Below, piece by piece: positions 9,507 to 18,738 of a stretch of DNA of 64,000 bases. The number at the start of each line of letters is the position of its first letter. Positions within the stretch are counted from its first letter, which is position 1. A program made the translations under genes and the position numbers. Source of the DNA: Theionarchaea archaeon (lineage in GTDB: Archaea > Methanobacteriota_B > Thermococci > Methanofastidiosales > SZ-28-30); contig JACVGT010000008.1 in the NCBI GenBank assembly GCA_018992685.1, forward strand, positions 1 through 64,000, read 5' to 3'. The notes beneath the pieces are model-generated. The model was given only the letters and a program-made list of their open reading frames with translations. It was not told the DNA's origin and searched no databases.

Positions 9507-10862
9507 ATGACCCTGAGAAAACGTGAGTCAGAAGAGAACAGGACCAAGAGAAGAGGTCCCTCCGGAATGGTCGGATTCACCGTAGTGTGGGCTGGGCAGC
9601 TGGTTTCGCTCATGGGGAGCTCTATGACAGGATTTGCCATCATGATCTGGCTCTGGCAGACCACAGGGAAAGCCACTCCCTTTGCACTCTATAGATTCTT
9701 CTCCTCTGTTCCCCTGATCATTGCAAGTCCTTTGGCTGGTGCCCTGGTGGATCGATGGGACAGGAAATTGACCATGATGCTCAGCGACTTGGCTGCAGGA
9801 ATGTCCTCTGTCATTATCTTGATTTTGTATTCCATGGGGGGCCTGGAGGTGTGGCACCTCTACGCGACGGGTGCACTGGCCGGGTTTTTTGGGGCTTTTC
9901 AGTTTCCTGCATTTTCTGCGGCAATTACCATGATGGTGTCCAAGACCCACTATGCCCGGGCAAGTGGCATGAGATCAGTGGCTGAATCAGCCTCAGGTAT
10001 CTTCGGACCTCTGGCTGGTGCCGGACTCCTGGGGATCATTGGAATAGAAGGCATACTCATAATTGACATCATCACCTTCTCTCTTGCCATTGGAACACTG
10101 CTCTTCATCTTTATACCAAAACCTCCCACTACTGCAGAAGGATCAGAAGGAGCTGGAAGCATTTGGAAAGAGTCAGTATACGGGTTCCGCTACATTTACC
10201 GGCGTACTGCCCTGCTAGGACTGTTGCTGGTCTTTCTCATTATCAACCTGACCACAACATTTGGGTTCTCGGTGTGGGCACCCATGATACTGGCACGCAC
10301 GAATAACAACGAAGTGGTGCTGGGTGGAGCTCAATCTGCTCTTGCTGTGGGGGGGCTGGTGAGTGGAGTGCTGATGTCTGTGTGGGGAGGTCCCCGGCGC
10401 AGAATCAGAGGAGTCTTTGTCACCATGGCAGGAATGGGGGTTGTCCTGTCTGTCATGGGTATGGGCCAGGGATTATATGTGTGGGCCGTTGCAGGGTTCT
10501 GGTTCACCTTTTTTGGAGTGATTGCTTCTGCGTGCAGTAACGCCTTTTGGCAGTCCAAGGTTGCACCTGACGTCCAGGGGCGCGTGTTTGCAGCCAGGGC
10601 TATGATGGCCTGGGCAGCACGTCCTCTCTCCATGGTGCTGGCAGGTCCTCTTGCAGACAGGTTCTTTGAACCTGCAATGAGAGAAGGAGGAATGTTGACA
10701 GGTATTTTCGGACAGGTGGTGGGCACAGGTTCAGGGGCAGGCATGGGGCTAATGTTTGTGTTGACTGGGATACTCTGTGCACTGGCTGCTGGAGTGGGGT
10801 ACACCTTCCGATCAATTCGGGACGCAGAAGAGATATTGCCAGATCATGAGGCGGCGGGCTGA
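9507..10862 (+). CDS. MFS transporter (DHA3 / macrolide efflux-like)
   Basis: WAGQLVSLMGS, GALVDRWDRK motif A, QGRVFA; about 12 hydrophobic segments. Confidence 0.9.
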   Translation: MTLRKRESEENRTKRRGPSGMVGFTVVWAGQLVSLMGSSMTGFAIMIWLWQTTGKATPFALYRFFSSVPLIIASPLAGALVDRWDRKLTMMLSDLAAGMSSVIILILYSMGGLEVWHLYATGALAGFFGAFQFPAFSAAITMMVSKTHYARASGMRSVAESASGIFGPLAGAGLLGIIGIEGILIIDIITFSLAIGTLLFIFIPKPPTTAEGSEGAGSIWKESVYGFRYIYRRTALLGLLLVFLIINLTTTFGFSVWAPMILARTNNNEVVLGGAQSALAVGGLVSGVLMSVWGGPRRRIRGVFVTMAGMGVVLSVMGMGQGLYVWAVAGFWFTFFGVIASACSNAFWQSKVAPDVQGRVFAARAMMAWAARPLSMVLAGPLADRFFEPAMREGGMLTGIFGQVVGTGSGAGMGLMFVLTGILCALAAGVGYTFRSIRDAEEILPDHEAAG

Positions 10863-11030
10863 TCGAAATGACATGCAACAACTTCTCTTTTCAAGAAAAA
10901 AGTATACATACATTTTCAGATTGGCTTTTCCTAGAAAAAACGTCCTCGATAGAATCTTTTGAAGCATATGTGGAAATCTTTATATGCTTTCAACTGCAAA
11001 AGAAAAAAAACCTCATCAGGAGGAATATAG

Positions 11031-12287
11031 ATGAAAGCAGTAAGACTCTTTATTGCAGGGATGCTCTTGGTTTCGTTCTTTACAGTTATTTCTGAGCCAT
11101 CGCAGGCAGCTTCTGCCTCGTTGAACATTAACAAAGGATGTGGAGCCACCTACTACCCCGGAGAAGTGGTGACCATCAGCTATAAGGTGACAGCAAATGC
11201 CTCAGCAACGGTAGTGGCTTCACTCAGAGTGCAACTGCCTGATTCATCGTGGTCAACATTTTTCATCAACAGAAGCATTCTGCCCAATGTCACGTACTAT
11301 GCATCTGGAGTAGCTGGTTCGAATCTGGGAGGGAGAACAGTAGTCTTCGAGTGGGAAGCCACCTACATGGGGACTGATGCTGGGTCAACATCATGTACGT
11401 ATGTAGTCTCTTCAGGTGGAGGAACTTTCGGAACCACTTTACAGATCAATAGCAATGTTTCGGGATTCCAGGTGTGGTGGGATGGCGTGTACAGCCATAC
11501 AACACCCTATAACTACGCTCTTCTGTATAATGTGCCCTCGGGAACCCATGTGGTGACCTTGAAGAAGTCAGGATGCACCGATGCAAGCAAGACAGTTTCC
11601 ATTGTTCCAGCAACCGCAAACCAGGTGACCATCAACATGAGCTGCGGCTCGAGCGGTGGTACAGAAGAAGAAGCTGACATTGATGGTGATGGTGTTCCAG
11701 ACGATGAAGACGGGTGCTACAATCCTGACTGCAATGTAGTAGATAGAAATGGCTGCCCCAAGGATTCAGACAGAGACGGTGTAAATGAATGTGATGATGA
11801 CTGCCCCACAGAGGCGGGAAGTCCTTCCAACGAGGGATGTCCCGCAGGTGACAAAGACAGCGACGGTGTGACTGATGATGAAGATGCCTGCTACAATCCT
11901 GAATGCTCAATAGTTGATTCCCAGGGATGTCCAAAGGATTCCGATGGTGATGGACTGAATGATTGTGCAGATGACTGTCCCGATGAAGAAGGGGACCGGA
12001 GGAATAGAGGATGTCCTGCTGAAGATTCTGACAGCGATGGTATAACTGATGACCAGGACAACTGCTACAACCCAGGATGCACGCTGGTGGATCCCCGAGG
12101 ATGCCCACGAGACTCTGACAATGATGGAATGAATGACTGTGAGGACTATTGCCCCAACCAAGCAGGTTCCCGGAGCAACAATGGGTGCCCAGAGCAACAG
12201 CAAGCTCCCCAGTTCTGTTTGGGATCGGGACTGCTGGCACTGCTGGTCTGTCTTGGAAGTGTGGGAAAAGTCTTGAAACGGAAATAG
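11031..12287 (+). CDS. Cell-surface protein with PEGA-like domain, thrombospondin type-3 (Ca-binding) repeats and C-terminal anchor
   Basis: Signal peptide; VPSGTHVVTLKKSGC; DxDxDG..D..D.C repeats; C-terminal FCLG-hydrophobic-KRK. Confidence 0.85.
   Translation: MKAVRLFIAGMLLVSFFTVISEPSQAASASLNINKGCGATYYPGEVVTISYKVTANASATVVASLRVQLPDSSWSTFFINRSILPNVTYYASGVAGSNLGGRTVVFEWEATYMGTDAGSTSCTYVVSSGGGTFGTTLQINSNVSGFQVWWDGVYSHTTPYNYALLYNVPSGTHVVTLKKSGCTDASKTVSIVPATANQVTINMSCGSSGGTEEEADIDGDGVPDDEDGCYNPDCNVVDRNGCPKDSDRDGVNECDDDCPTEAGSPSNEGCPAGDKDSDGVTDDEDACYNPECSIVDSQGCPKDSDGDGLNDCADDCPDEEGDRRNRGCPAEDSDSDGITDDQDNCYNPGCTLVDPRGCPRDSDNDGMNDCEDYCPNQAGSRSNNGCPEQQQAPQFCLGSGLLALLVCLGSVGKVLKRK
11676..12190 (+). 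repeat. Three tandem roughly 58-codon TSP3 super-repeats within the CDS
   Basis: Unit D.D.DG..DD.D.CYNP.C..VD..GCP.DSD.DG.N.C.D.CP...G...N.GCP occurs three times; tgctacaa recurs in the DNA at about 174-nt spacing. Confidence 0.85.
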
Positions 12288-12418
12288 CTTTCTATTTTTA
12301 CTTTATTATTCACCTTTTTTTTGCTGGGGTTCAACCTTAAAGATTCCCAGACCACCTCGCTAGGATAGACACACAGTGACCATGCAAATCTATAAGAATA
12401 TAAGATCAACTCTGTATT

Positions 12419-13201
12419 ATGAACTTGTTTTCCGTGGAGTTCCCCGTCATTGGCATGATCCACTTACTTCCTCTTCCCGGTTCACCTCGGTTCACAGACA
12501 TTCAATCGGTCATCCATCAGGCTTCTCACGATTATCAGGCCTTGAGAGATGGAGGGGTGGATGGTGTACTCATTGAAAACTTTGGAGATATTCCTTTTCC
12601 GAAAGAACGAGTCAGTCCTCACGTCGTGGCCTGGATGATGAGGATTGTCCTGTCTTTGGGAATTGATGTGCCTTTTGGGATAAATGTGTTGAGGAATGAT
12701 GCAATTTCTGCCTTAGCTGTCGCTCATGCCACGGGAGCTCATTTCATCAGGTGCAACATCTTGACGGGTGCCATGGTAACTGACCAAGGGATGATTGAGG
12801 GAAAATCTGCAGAAGTCTTGCGCTACCGCTCTCTCCTGAAATGTGATGTCAGAATTTTCGCGGACGTTCATGTGAAACATGCAGTTCCCCTTGTGGTCCA
12901 GCCCATTGAACGCGTGGCCAGAGATACTGCCTACCGGGGGTTGGCTGATGGATTGATTGTAACAGGTGCAGAAACAGGAGATCCACCCACCAGCACAGAT
13001 ATGAGGGCAGTGAAGGGGGCAGTTCCAGACAAACCCCTCTTTGCGGGAAGTGGTACCACCCATCAAACCGTGCCATCCATCATCGGGCTTGCTGATGGTT
13101 GCATTGTGGGGAAAGCTTTCAAGAAAGAAGGCATGATAGAGAATCCTGTGGACAGGGCACGGGTAGAATCATTCATGCAGCAGGTGAAAGACCTGCGGTA
13201 G
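12419..13201 (+). CDS. BtpA/SgcQ family protein
   Basis: IGMIHLLPLPGSP, IENFGDIPF, GINVLRND, FADVHVKHA, ADGLIVTG. Confidence 0.93.
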   Translation: MNLFSVEFPVIGMIHLLPLPGSPRFTDIQSVIHQASHDYQALRDGGVDGVLIENFGDIPFPKERVSPHVVAWMMRIVLSLGIDVPFGINVLRNDAISALAVAHATGAHFIRCNILTGAMVTDQGMIEGKSAEVLRYRSLLKCDVRIFADVHVKHAVPLVVQPIERVARDTAYRGLADGLIVTGAETGDPPTSTDMRAVKGAVPDKPLFAGSGTTHQTVPSIIGLADGCIVGKAFKKEGMIENPVDRARVESFMQQVKDLR

Positions 13202-13286
13202 CAGCTGCACGATGTATCCGTGTATCCCCTGAAATCTATTATTCACGTATTGAGCAGTTCCAGTGGTAGGTGAGCGTATAAACAAA

Positions 13287-13422
13287 CGGACCTGGGGGGA
13301 TTCGAACCCCCGACCTACAGCTTTCTTCGCCTCTGCTAACTCTCTTTAGATCATTGAATCATCGAGCGGATATTCATCATCGGCATAGGAGGCTGTTGCC
13401 CTATCCTCTAGGCTACAGGTCC
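13287..13422 (-). tRNA. tRNA-Arg(CCT) with a 63-nt intron at canonical position 37/38 (intron 13323-13385)
   Basis: Acceptor stem GGACCTG/CAGGTCC+G; anticodon stem ACAGC/GCTGT with CT-CCT-A; T arm GGGGG-TTCGAAT-CCCCC; BHB-like junction; TATA (TTATATA) about 25 nt upstream. Confidence 0.95.
13329..13384 (-). ncRNA. Putative box C/D guide sRNA encoded in the tRNA-Arg intron
   Basis: GCC/GGC terminal stem; box C ATGATGA, 11-nt guide, D' ATGA, TTCA, C' ATGATCT, 12-nt guide, D CAGA. Confidence 0.7.
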
Positions 13423-13577
13423 TATTCTATACTTCTGGACAGAATATATAACTCTTTCGAATCCTCTCTCTTCAGAGAGGCTGGCCTTTCCTCCCCTGTA
13501 TCCTTCATCATAGACTACATCAGGTGGCAATCCTCTAAGAGGAACAGATTCAGACATCGGAGTCCTTCCACCGGATC

Positions 13578-14063
13578 CTAGGGAAATATATACTCCAGGA
13601 GCCTTTTTCCCAGTTCCACAACCTCCCAGAAATGGTCAGTTCCTACGAGGTACCCTGCAGAGAACAAGAGAGCAACCAAACATCCCACAGGAAAGGAACC
13701 AATGCTGTCATTGGACACTCCCCAACCCCCAATGCCTATCTGATTCCCCCTGTGAGGCACTGGCCACAGAACGTACACGGGAGAACTGCTGAACATGTCC
13801 ATCGCAATATGGAGACACATCCCCATGAGCCAGTACATTAGAAAAGGAACCCAGTAAGACAGCACTCCCACCGCTCCAGCTACAAATACATTATGGAGAA
13901 GTCTCCGGTGAACTCCCTGGGAGCTCACAGGAATATCCACAATATCCAGGTCACAGAACAGTCCGCCGAATACAATGAGGGACGCTGTCAGAGGAGGACA
14001 GCCTGCCAGCATTGCTGCTGTAGCCAGTATCAATCCACCTACCAAGTGGGCCTTTTGGTTCAT
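13578..14063 (-). CDS. Membrane-bound metal-dependent hydrolase (YdjM-like)
   Basis: N-terminal H, DLD, HRRLLHN and HIAMD motifs; hydrophobic. Confidence 0.8.
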   Translation of the reverse strand: MNQKAHLVGGLILATAAMLAGCPPLTASLIVFGGLFCDLDIVDIPVSSQGVHRRLLHNVFVAGAVGVLSYWVPFLMYWLMGMCLHIAMDMFSSSPVYVLWPVPHRGNQIGIGGWGVSNDSIGSFPVGCLVALLFSAGYLVGTDHFWEVVELGKRLLEYIFP

Positions 14064-14250
14064 GGAGATACCTGTCCCAACCAGTTATAAGGCTGTTCAT
14101 TTCAGGTTGTGTAGAGAGGTTTCCGGGTGTTTCACATGATATGTTCCTTCCAGACCATGAAATGTCAAACCAGAAAAAACTGAAAGAACCATCCTCCCTC
14201 AGCCACCTGACCATGTGAACCCTTAAAAACATCAGCCCGAATTTCATCAC

Positions 14251-15987
14251 ATGAAGATTGTTCCTGATACCAGTATTGTCATTGACGGACGGTTGAAACG
14301 GTTTCTTGAACGCACCACGGTGGACGAAATCGTCCTCCCTGAGCTCGTCATTGCAGAAATAGAACATAATGCCAACAAAGGAACACGGATAGGCATCTCT
14401 GGGCTAGAGGAACTGGCTGAAGTCAGACAGTACTGTCTCATTAACCAGATAACGTTAACGTACTATGGGGGAAGGACGCAGGATTATCGAGATATGGATG
14501 AAAAAATCAGAAAAGTTGCAGAAGAAACAGATTCCATCCTGGTCACAGGGGATTTCGTCCAGGGAAAGATTGCAGAAGCCAAAGGGATTCCCTGCTTCAT
14601 TCTGGAGAAAGACGTGGAAACTGAAATGAAAATTGAAGATTTCTTTGATCCCCAGACACTTTCTGTTCACCTAAAAGAAGATCTACCCGTCCTCCTGAAG
14701 ACAGGAAAACCAGGGGATATCGACCTGGTGAGAACCCAGCGAACACTGAACAAAGAAGAACTGGAGGCAATTGCACTGGACATTGTTGAAAGGGCCCGCC
14801 AATCTCAGGATTCTTTCATCGAACTGGATGAAAAAGGAGCGACTGTGGTCCAGCTACGAGAGTACCGTATTGCCATCACCCAGCCACCATTCTCTGACCG
14901 CATGGAGATCACTGCAGTGAAACCATTGAAAAAATTGGGTCTACCAGAGTATTCCGTTTCAGACAGGCTGCTGAAGAGGCTGGAAAAAGCAGAGGGAATC
15001 CTGGTATCCGGATCTCCTGGTGCTGGGAAATCTACCTTTGTGCAGAGTCTGGCTGAATTCTACAAAGACAAGGGTAAAATCGTCAAGACCATGGAGAGAC
15101 CCAGAGATCTTCAAGTTTCTGAAGAGATCACTCAGTACACTGCTTTGAAGGGGTCTATGGCCAAGACAGCAGACATTTTGCTGTTGACCAGGCCGGATTT
15201 CACCGTTTTTGATGAAATGCGCAGGACGGAGGACTTCCAGGTATTTGCTGACATGCGACTGGCTGGAGTGGGCATGGTGGGGGTGGTGCATGCGACAAAT
15301 GCTATTGACGCAGTGCAGCGGTTTATTGGACGGATTGAACTGGGGATGATCCCACAGGTCATCGACACCATTATCCACATAGAGAATGGAGATATTGGCA
15401 CAGTGCTAAACCTGACATTCTCAGTGAAAGTACCCGTCGGCATGAGTGAACCTGACCTGGCCCGTCCTGTTATTGAGGCCAAGGACTTTGAATCAGGGGT
15501 GTGTGAATTCGAGATCTATTCATATGGAGAACAGATCGTGGTTATGCCCGTGAAAAAGCACAAACCCTCTCCCCCAAAGAAGATACTCAAGAATATAGAC
15601 AAGTTCGTGGGAGTGGACTACCGGCTGGAACAGGTGGCACCCAACAGGGGTGTCCTGTACGTTCCAAAAGATGCCATGGCTGAGATTATCGGGAAAAAGG
15701 GAAGGACCATCTCTCAGATCGAAAAAGAAGTGAACATGAAACTGGACGTGAAGCCCATGGAAGAGCAAATCCCGGCAACTCTTGATTTTACACGAAGGGG
15801 GGGACGTCTTTCTGTGAGCAGACGATACAGGAATATCCCTCTGACCTTTTACTGCCAGGGAGAGCCTCTCTTTTCTGCTACCGTGGGGAAAAAAGGAGTG
15901 ATAAAGATCGATATGCAAAACAAGCTTGCACAGACGCTCCATGACATCTGGAGCAGGGGCGACACTGTTTATGCTAAGGAGGAATAG
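14251..15987 (+). CDS. PINc/VapC family ATPase with KH domain (PINA-type)
   Basis: PIN IVPDTSIVIDG; Walker A GSPGAGKST; FDEMR; KH IIGKKG. Confidence 0.92.
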   Translation: MKIVPDTSIVIDGRLKRFLERTTVDEIVLPELVIAEIEHNANKGTRIGISGLEELAEVRQYCLINQITLTYYGGRTQDYRDMDEKIRKVAEETDSILVTGDFVQGKIAEAKGIPCFILEKDVETEMKIEDFFDPQTLSVHLKEDLPVLLKTGKPGDIDLVRTQRTLNKEELEAIALDIVERARQSQDSFIELDEKGATVVQLREYRIAITQPPFSDRMEITAVKPLKKLGLPEYSVSDRLLKRLEKAEGILVSGSPGAGKSTFVQSLAEFYKDKGKIVKTMERPRDLQVSEEITQYTALKGSMAKTADILLLTRPDFTVFDEMRRTEDFQVFADMRLAGVGMVGVVHATNAIDAVQRFIGRIELGMIPQVIDTIIHIENGDIGTVLNLTFSVKVPVGMSEPDLARPVIEAKDFESGVCEFEIYSYGEQIVVMPVKKHKPSPPKKILKNIDKFVGVDYRLEQVAPNRGVLYVPKDAMAEIIGKKGRTISQIEKEVNMKLDVKPMEEQIPATLDFTRRGGRLSVSRRYRNIPLTFYCQGEPLFSATVGKKGVIKIDMQNKLAQTLHDIWSRGDTVYAKEE

Positions 15988-16062
15988 TGCAGCTCTCTTG
16001 ATTCCGGGGCACAGGTCGCATTCTACAACTATCTTTTTATACTTGCTACCGGATTACAATCC

Positions 16063-16329
16063 ATGAAGCTGGTTAAAGAAGGTAAAGCTGGAACTAATGA
16101 TGATTCTGACATTCTCATAGAAGTACAGCCTGCTGACACTGTCACGATTGAACTGGAAAGCAGAGTTAACACGTTGTATGGAAAGAAAATCCGGGAAGTC
16201 ATTATGGAGACAGTGGAAACCCTCCAGGTAGAAGGGTGTGCCATTTCTGCCCATGATAATGGAGCACTTGACTATACGATCCGTGCGCGCGTTGAAGCTG
16301 CAATACGACTGGCGGGAGGGATTGAATGA
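16063..16329 (+). CDS. citD: Citrate lyase acyl carrier protein (gamma)
   Basis: AGT...SD with the conserved Ser; ES.V...YG..I; D.GALD.TI.ARVEAA. Confidence 0.88.
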   Translation: MKLVKEGKAGTNDDSDILIEVQPADTVTIELESRVNTLYGKKIREVIMETVETLQVEGCAISAHDNGALDYTIRARVEAAIRLAGGIE

Positions 16330-17168
16330 TACGCAGATCTCGACTGTACATTCCTGGAAACAATCCCAAGATGATGCAGAGTGGCAAAGCATTGAACCCT
16401 GATGTCATTCTGCTGGACTTAGAGGACTCAGTCCCTCTACACGATAAATTGGCTGCACGTCTCCTGGTGAGAGAGGCCATCACATTCCTGCAATTTAGAA
16501 AAGAAGTCATGGTGAGGATAAATCACTTCCCCATGGGAAAAGAGGATCTGAAAGAGGTTGTATGCGAGCAGGTGGATTCTGTTCTCTACCCAAAGTCGGA
16601 ATCGTCTCAGGATATCGAAGAAGTTGCTGAACTGCTGGATGAATTGGAGAGCGCCAGATCACTCTCCAAGAGAATTGACATCGTGCCGGTAATTGAAACT
16701 GCCCGAGGGTGCCTGCGCTGTGAAGAAATCGCACTCTCGCCCAGGGTCTCTGCTATCACTTTTGGAGCGGAGGACTTTGTGGCAGATATTGGAGGCACCA
16801 GAACCAGGGAAAGTCTGTTCCATGTGAAATCAACCCTTGCTGTTGCTGCTGCAGCAGCAGGGATCCAGGCCCTGGACACGGTATATCCTTTTATTGATGA
16901 TGAGAAAGGGCTGAAAAAAGAAGCAGAAGAGAGCAAAGCCATGGGATTCTGCGGTAAGGGCGCCATCCACCCTCTGCAGCTGGCTGTAATCCATGAGGTA
17001 TTCTCCCCGTCTGCAGAAGAGATAGCGTGGGCACAGAAGGTCATTGAAGCACTGAAAGATGCAGAAGAAAAGGGGAGAGCAGCTGCACAGCTTGAAGGAC
17101 GGATGATTGATACGCCCACCTTGAAGAAAGCTCATCGCATCATGGAAACATACAAGGTGATGACGTGA
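16326..17168 (+). CDS. citE: Citrate lyase beta subunit (citryl-ACP lyase, CitE/HpcH family)
   Basis: RRSRLYIPGNNP, LDLEDSV, IETARG, FGAEDF, GKGAIHP. Confidence 0.9.
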   Translation: MIRRSRLYIPGNNPKMMQSGKALNPDVILLDLEDSVPLHDKLAARLLVREAITFLQFRKEVMVRINHFPMGKEDLKEVVCEQVDSVLYPKSESSQDIEEVAELLDELESARSLSKRIDIVPVIETARGCLRCEEIALSPRVSAITFGAEDFVADIGGTRTRESLFHVKSTLAVAAAAAGIQALDTVYPFIDDEKGLKKEAEESKAMGFCGKGAIHPLQLAVIHEVFSPSAEEIAWAQKVIEALKDAEEKGRAAAQLEGRMIDTPTLKKAHRIMETYKVMT

Positions 17169-18697
17169 TTGTAAACGCTGCAGGCAGAACGCTCCCCGAG
17201 CAGATTGGAGGCCAGAAGGTTGAACCCTTCAGAGGAGCATTTGCCACACCTCCCCGGAAGAAGAGACTGTCTCCTAAGCTCTCGTACGTGAAACCCAGCG
17301 AGGACAAACTCATTTCTCTGGAAGATGCTGTCAAGAACTACGTGAAAGATGGCATGACCATTTCGTTCCATCACCATCTGCGGGATGGGGACTACCTGGT
17401 GAACCAAGTGCTGGAGATGGTTTCCGACCTGGGGATCAAGGATATTGTCCTGGCATCCACAGCACTCTTCCCCGTTCACGAACCTGTGGTGCAGCACCTG
17501 ATGGAAGGCACCGTGCGCCGGATTGAAGGTAGTATGAATGGGCCGGTGGGAAGGGCGTGCTCTTTCGGACGCATGAAGGAAATAGCCACTCTCAGAGACC
17601 ATGGGGGGAGAGCAGCTGCTGTTGAAATGGGAGACCTTCCCATTGATGTGGCCTTCATTGCTGCTCCTACTGCAGACACCTACGGCAACTGCAATGGCGT
17701 CCACGGAAAATCAGCCTGTGGTCCCCTGGGTTATTCCTACCCAGACTCGCTCTACGCCAAGAAAGTCATTGCAGTCACTGACAACCTGGTAGAATATCCC
17801 GCAACCCCCATGAGCATCCATCAGACTCATGTGGATCACGTGGCTGAGATTGAAACCATTGGGAATCCGGAACGAATAGTTTCAGGCACCACACAGGTCA
17901 CCAGAAGTCCCACTAATTTGCAGATAGCAGATTTCGTGATAGAGACCATGGATGCTCTGGGAATTATCAGCAAAGGAGCTTCGATCCAGGCAGGCGCTGG
18001 AGGGATTTCCCTTTCTGTTACTTCTCAGATGGGAGATCTGATGGAAGACCGCCACGTGGTGGGCGGGTTTGGATTGGGGGGTGTTACCCAGTATCTGGTG
18101 GACATGCTGCACAGGGGGGTCATCCGAAAGATTCTGGATGCCCAGTGCTTTGATCTCACTGCAGTCCAGTCACTGCGGGAAGATCCCGATCATGTAGAAA
18201 TCAACATGATCTACAGCAGCCCATACAACAAAGGGTCTGTATACAACCAGCTGGACGCAGCGTTCCTGGGTGCTACAGAAGTGGATGTGGATTTCAATGT
18301 CAATGTCAACACCCATTCTGACGGACTGCTGCTTCATGGCATTGGGGGTCACCAGGGGCCTGCAGCCTGTGCCAAGGTCACCTTTATTACGGTACCCCTG
18401 TACAGAAAGAGAATTCCTGTGGTTCGGGACAGAGTAACAACAATTACCACTCCCGGAGAGGTCATTGATGTCATTGCCACAGAATACGGTATTGCTGTAA
18501 ATCCCAGGCGAAAAGATATCCTGAAACAGGTTGAAAAAGCCAAGATACCAGTGCTGACAATTGAAGAATTGAAAAAAGAAGCATATGACCTGTGTGGGGA
18601 GCCCGAACTTCCTGAAACCACAGATGACATTGTGGCTGCAATCCAGTGGAGAGACGGAACTGTCCTGGATACGGTAAAAAGAGTCGTGGAGACATAG
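17165..18697 (+). CDS. citF: Citrate lyase alpha subunit (citrate:acetyl-ACP transferase)
   Basis: GMTISFHHHLRDGD, HGGRA, ACGPLGY, LGATEVDVDFNVNV, TTPGEVIDV. Confidence 0.92.
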   Translation: MIVNAAGRTLPEQIGGQKVEPFRGAFATPPRKKRLSPKLSYVKPSEDKLISLEDAVKNYVKDGMTISFHHHLRDGDYLVNQVLEMVSDLGIKDIVLASTALFPVHEPVVQHLMEGTVRRIEGSMNGPVGRACSFGRMKEIATLRDHGGRAAAVEMGDLPIDVAFIAAPTADTYGNCNGVHGKSACGPLGYSYPDSLYAKKVIAVTDNLVEYPATPMSIHQTHVDHVAEIETIGNPERIVSGTTQVTRSPTNLQIADFVIETMDALGIISKGASIQAGAGGISLSVTSQMGDLMEDRHVVGGFGLGGVTQYLVDMLHRGVIRKILDAQCFDLTAVQSLREDPDHVEINMIYSSPYNKGSVYNQLDAAFLGATEVDVDFNVNVNTHSDGLLLHGIGGHQGPAACAKVTFITVPLYRKRIPVVRDRVTTITTPGEVIDVIATEYGIAVNPRRKDILKQVEKAKIPVLTIEELKKEAYDLCGEPELPETTDDIVAAIQWRDGTVLDTVKRVVET

Positions 18698-18738
18698 CGT
18701 GTCCCTTGCCCCCTCGCAACCCCAAGAGCCTGGAACCC

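Noticed and set aside
11676-12190. Periodic DNA repeats that could suggest a CRISPR array
   Set aside because: They are degenerate, in-frame, and encode TSP3 repeats; there are no identical repeats with unique spacers and no cas genes
13287-13422. Possibility that this is the well-known intron-containing tRNA-Trp
   Set aside because: The anticodon reads CCT, and the acceptor stem, D-loop A20 and G73 fit tRNA-Arg; the intron guides do not match the host tRNA
14251-14600. PIN domain as a VapC toxin
   Set aside because: It is fused to ATPase and KH domains, as in the conserved archaeal PINA protein, and has no antitoxin partner
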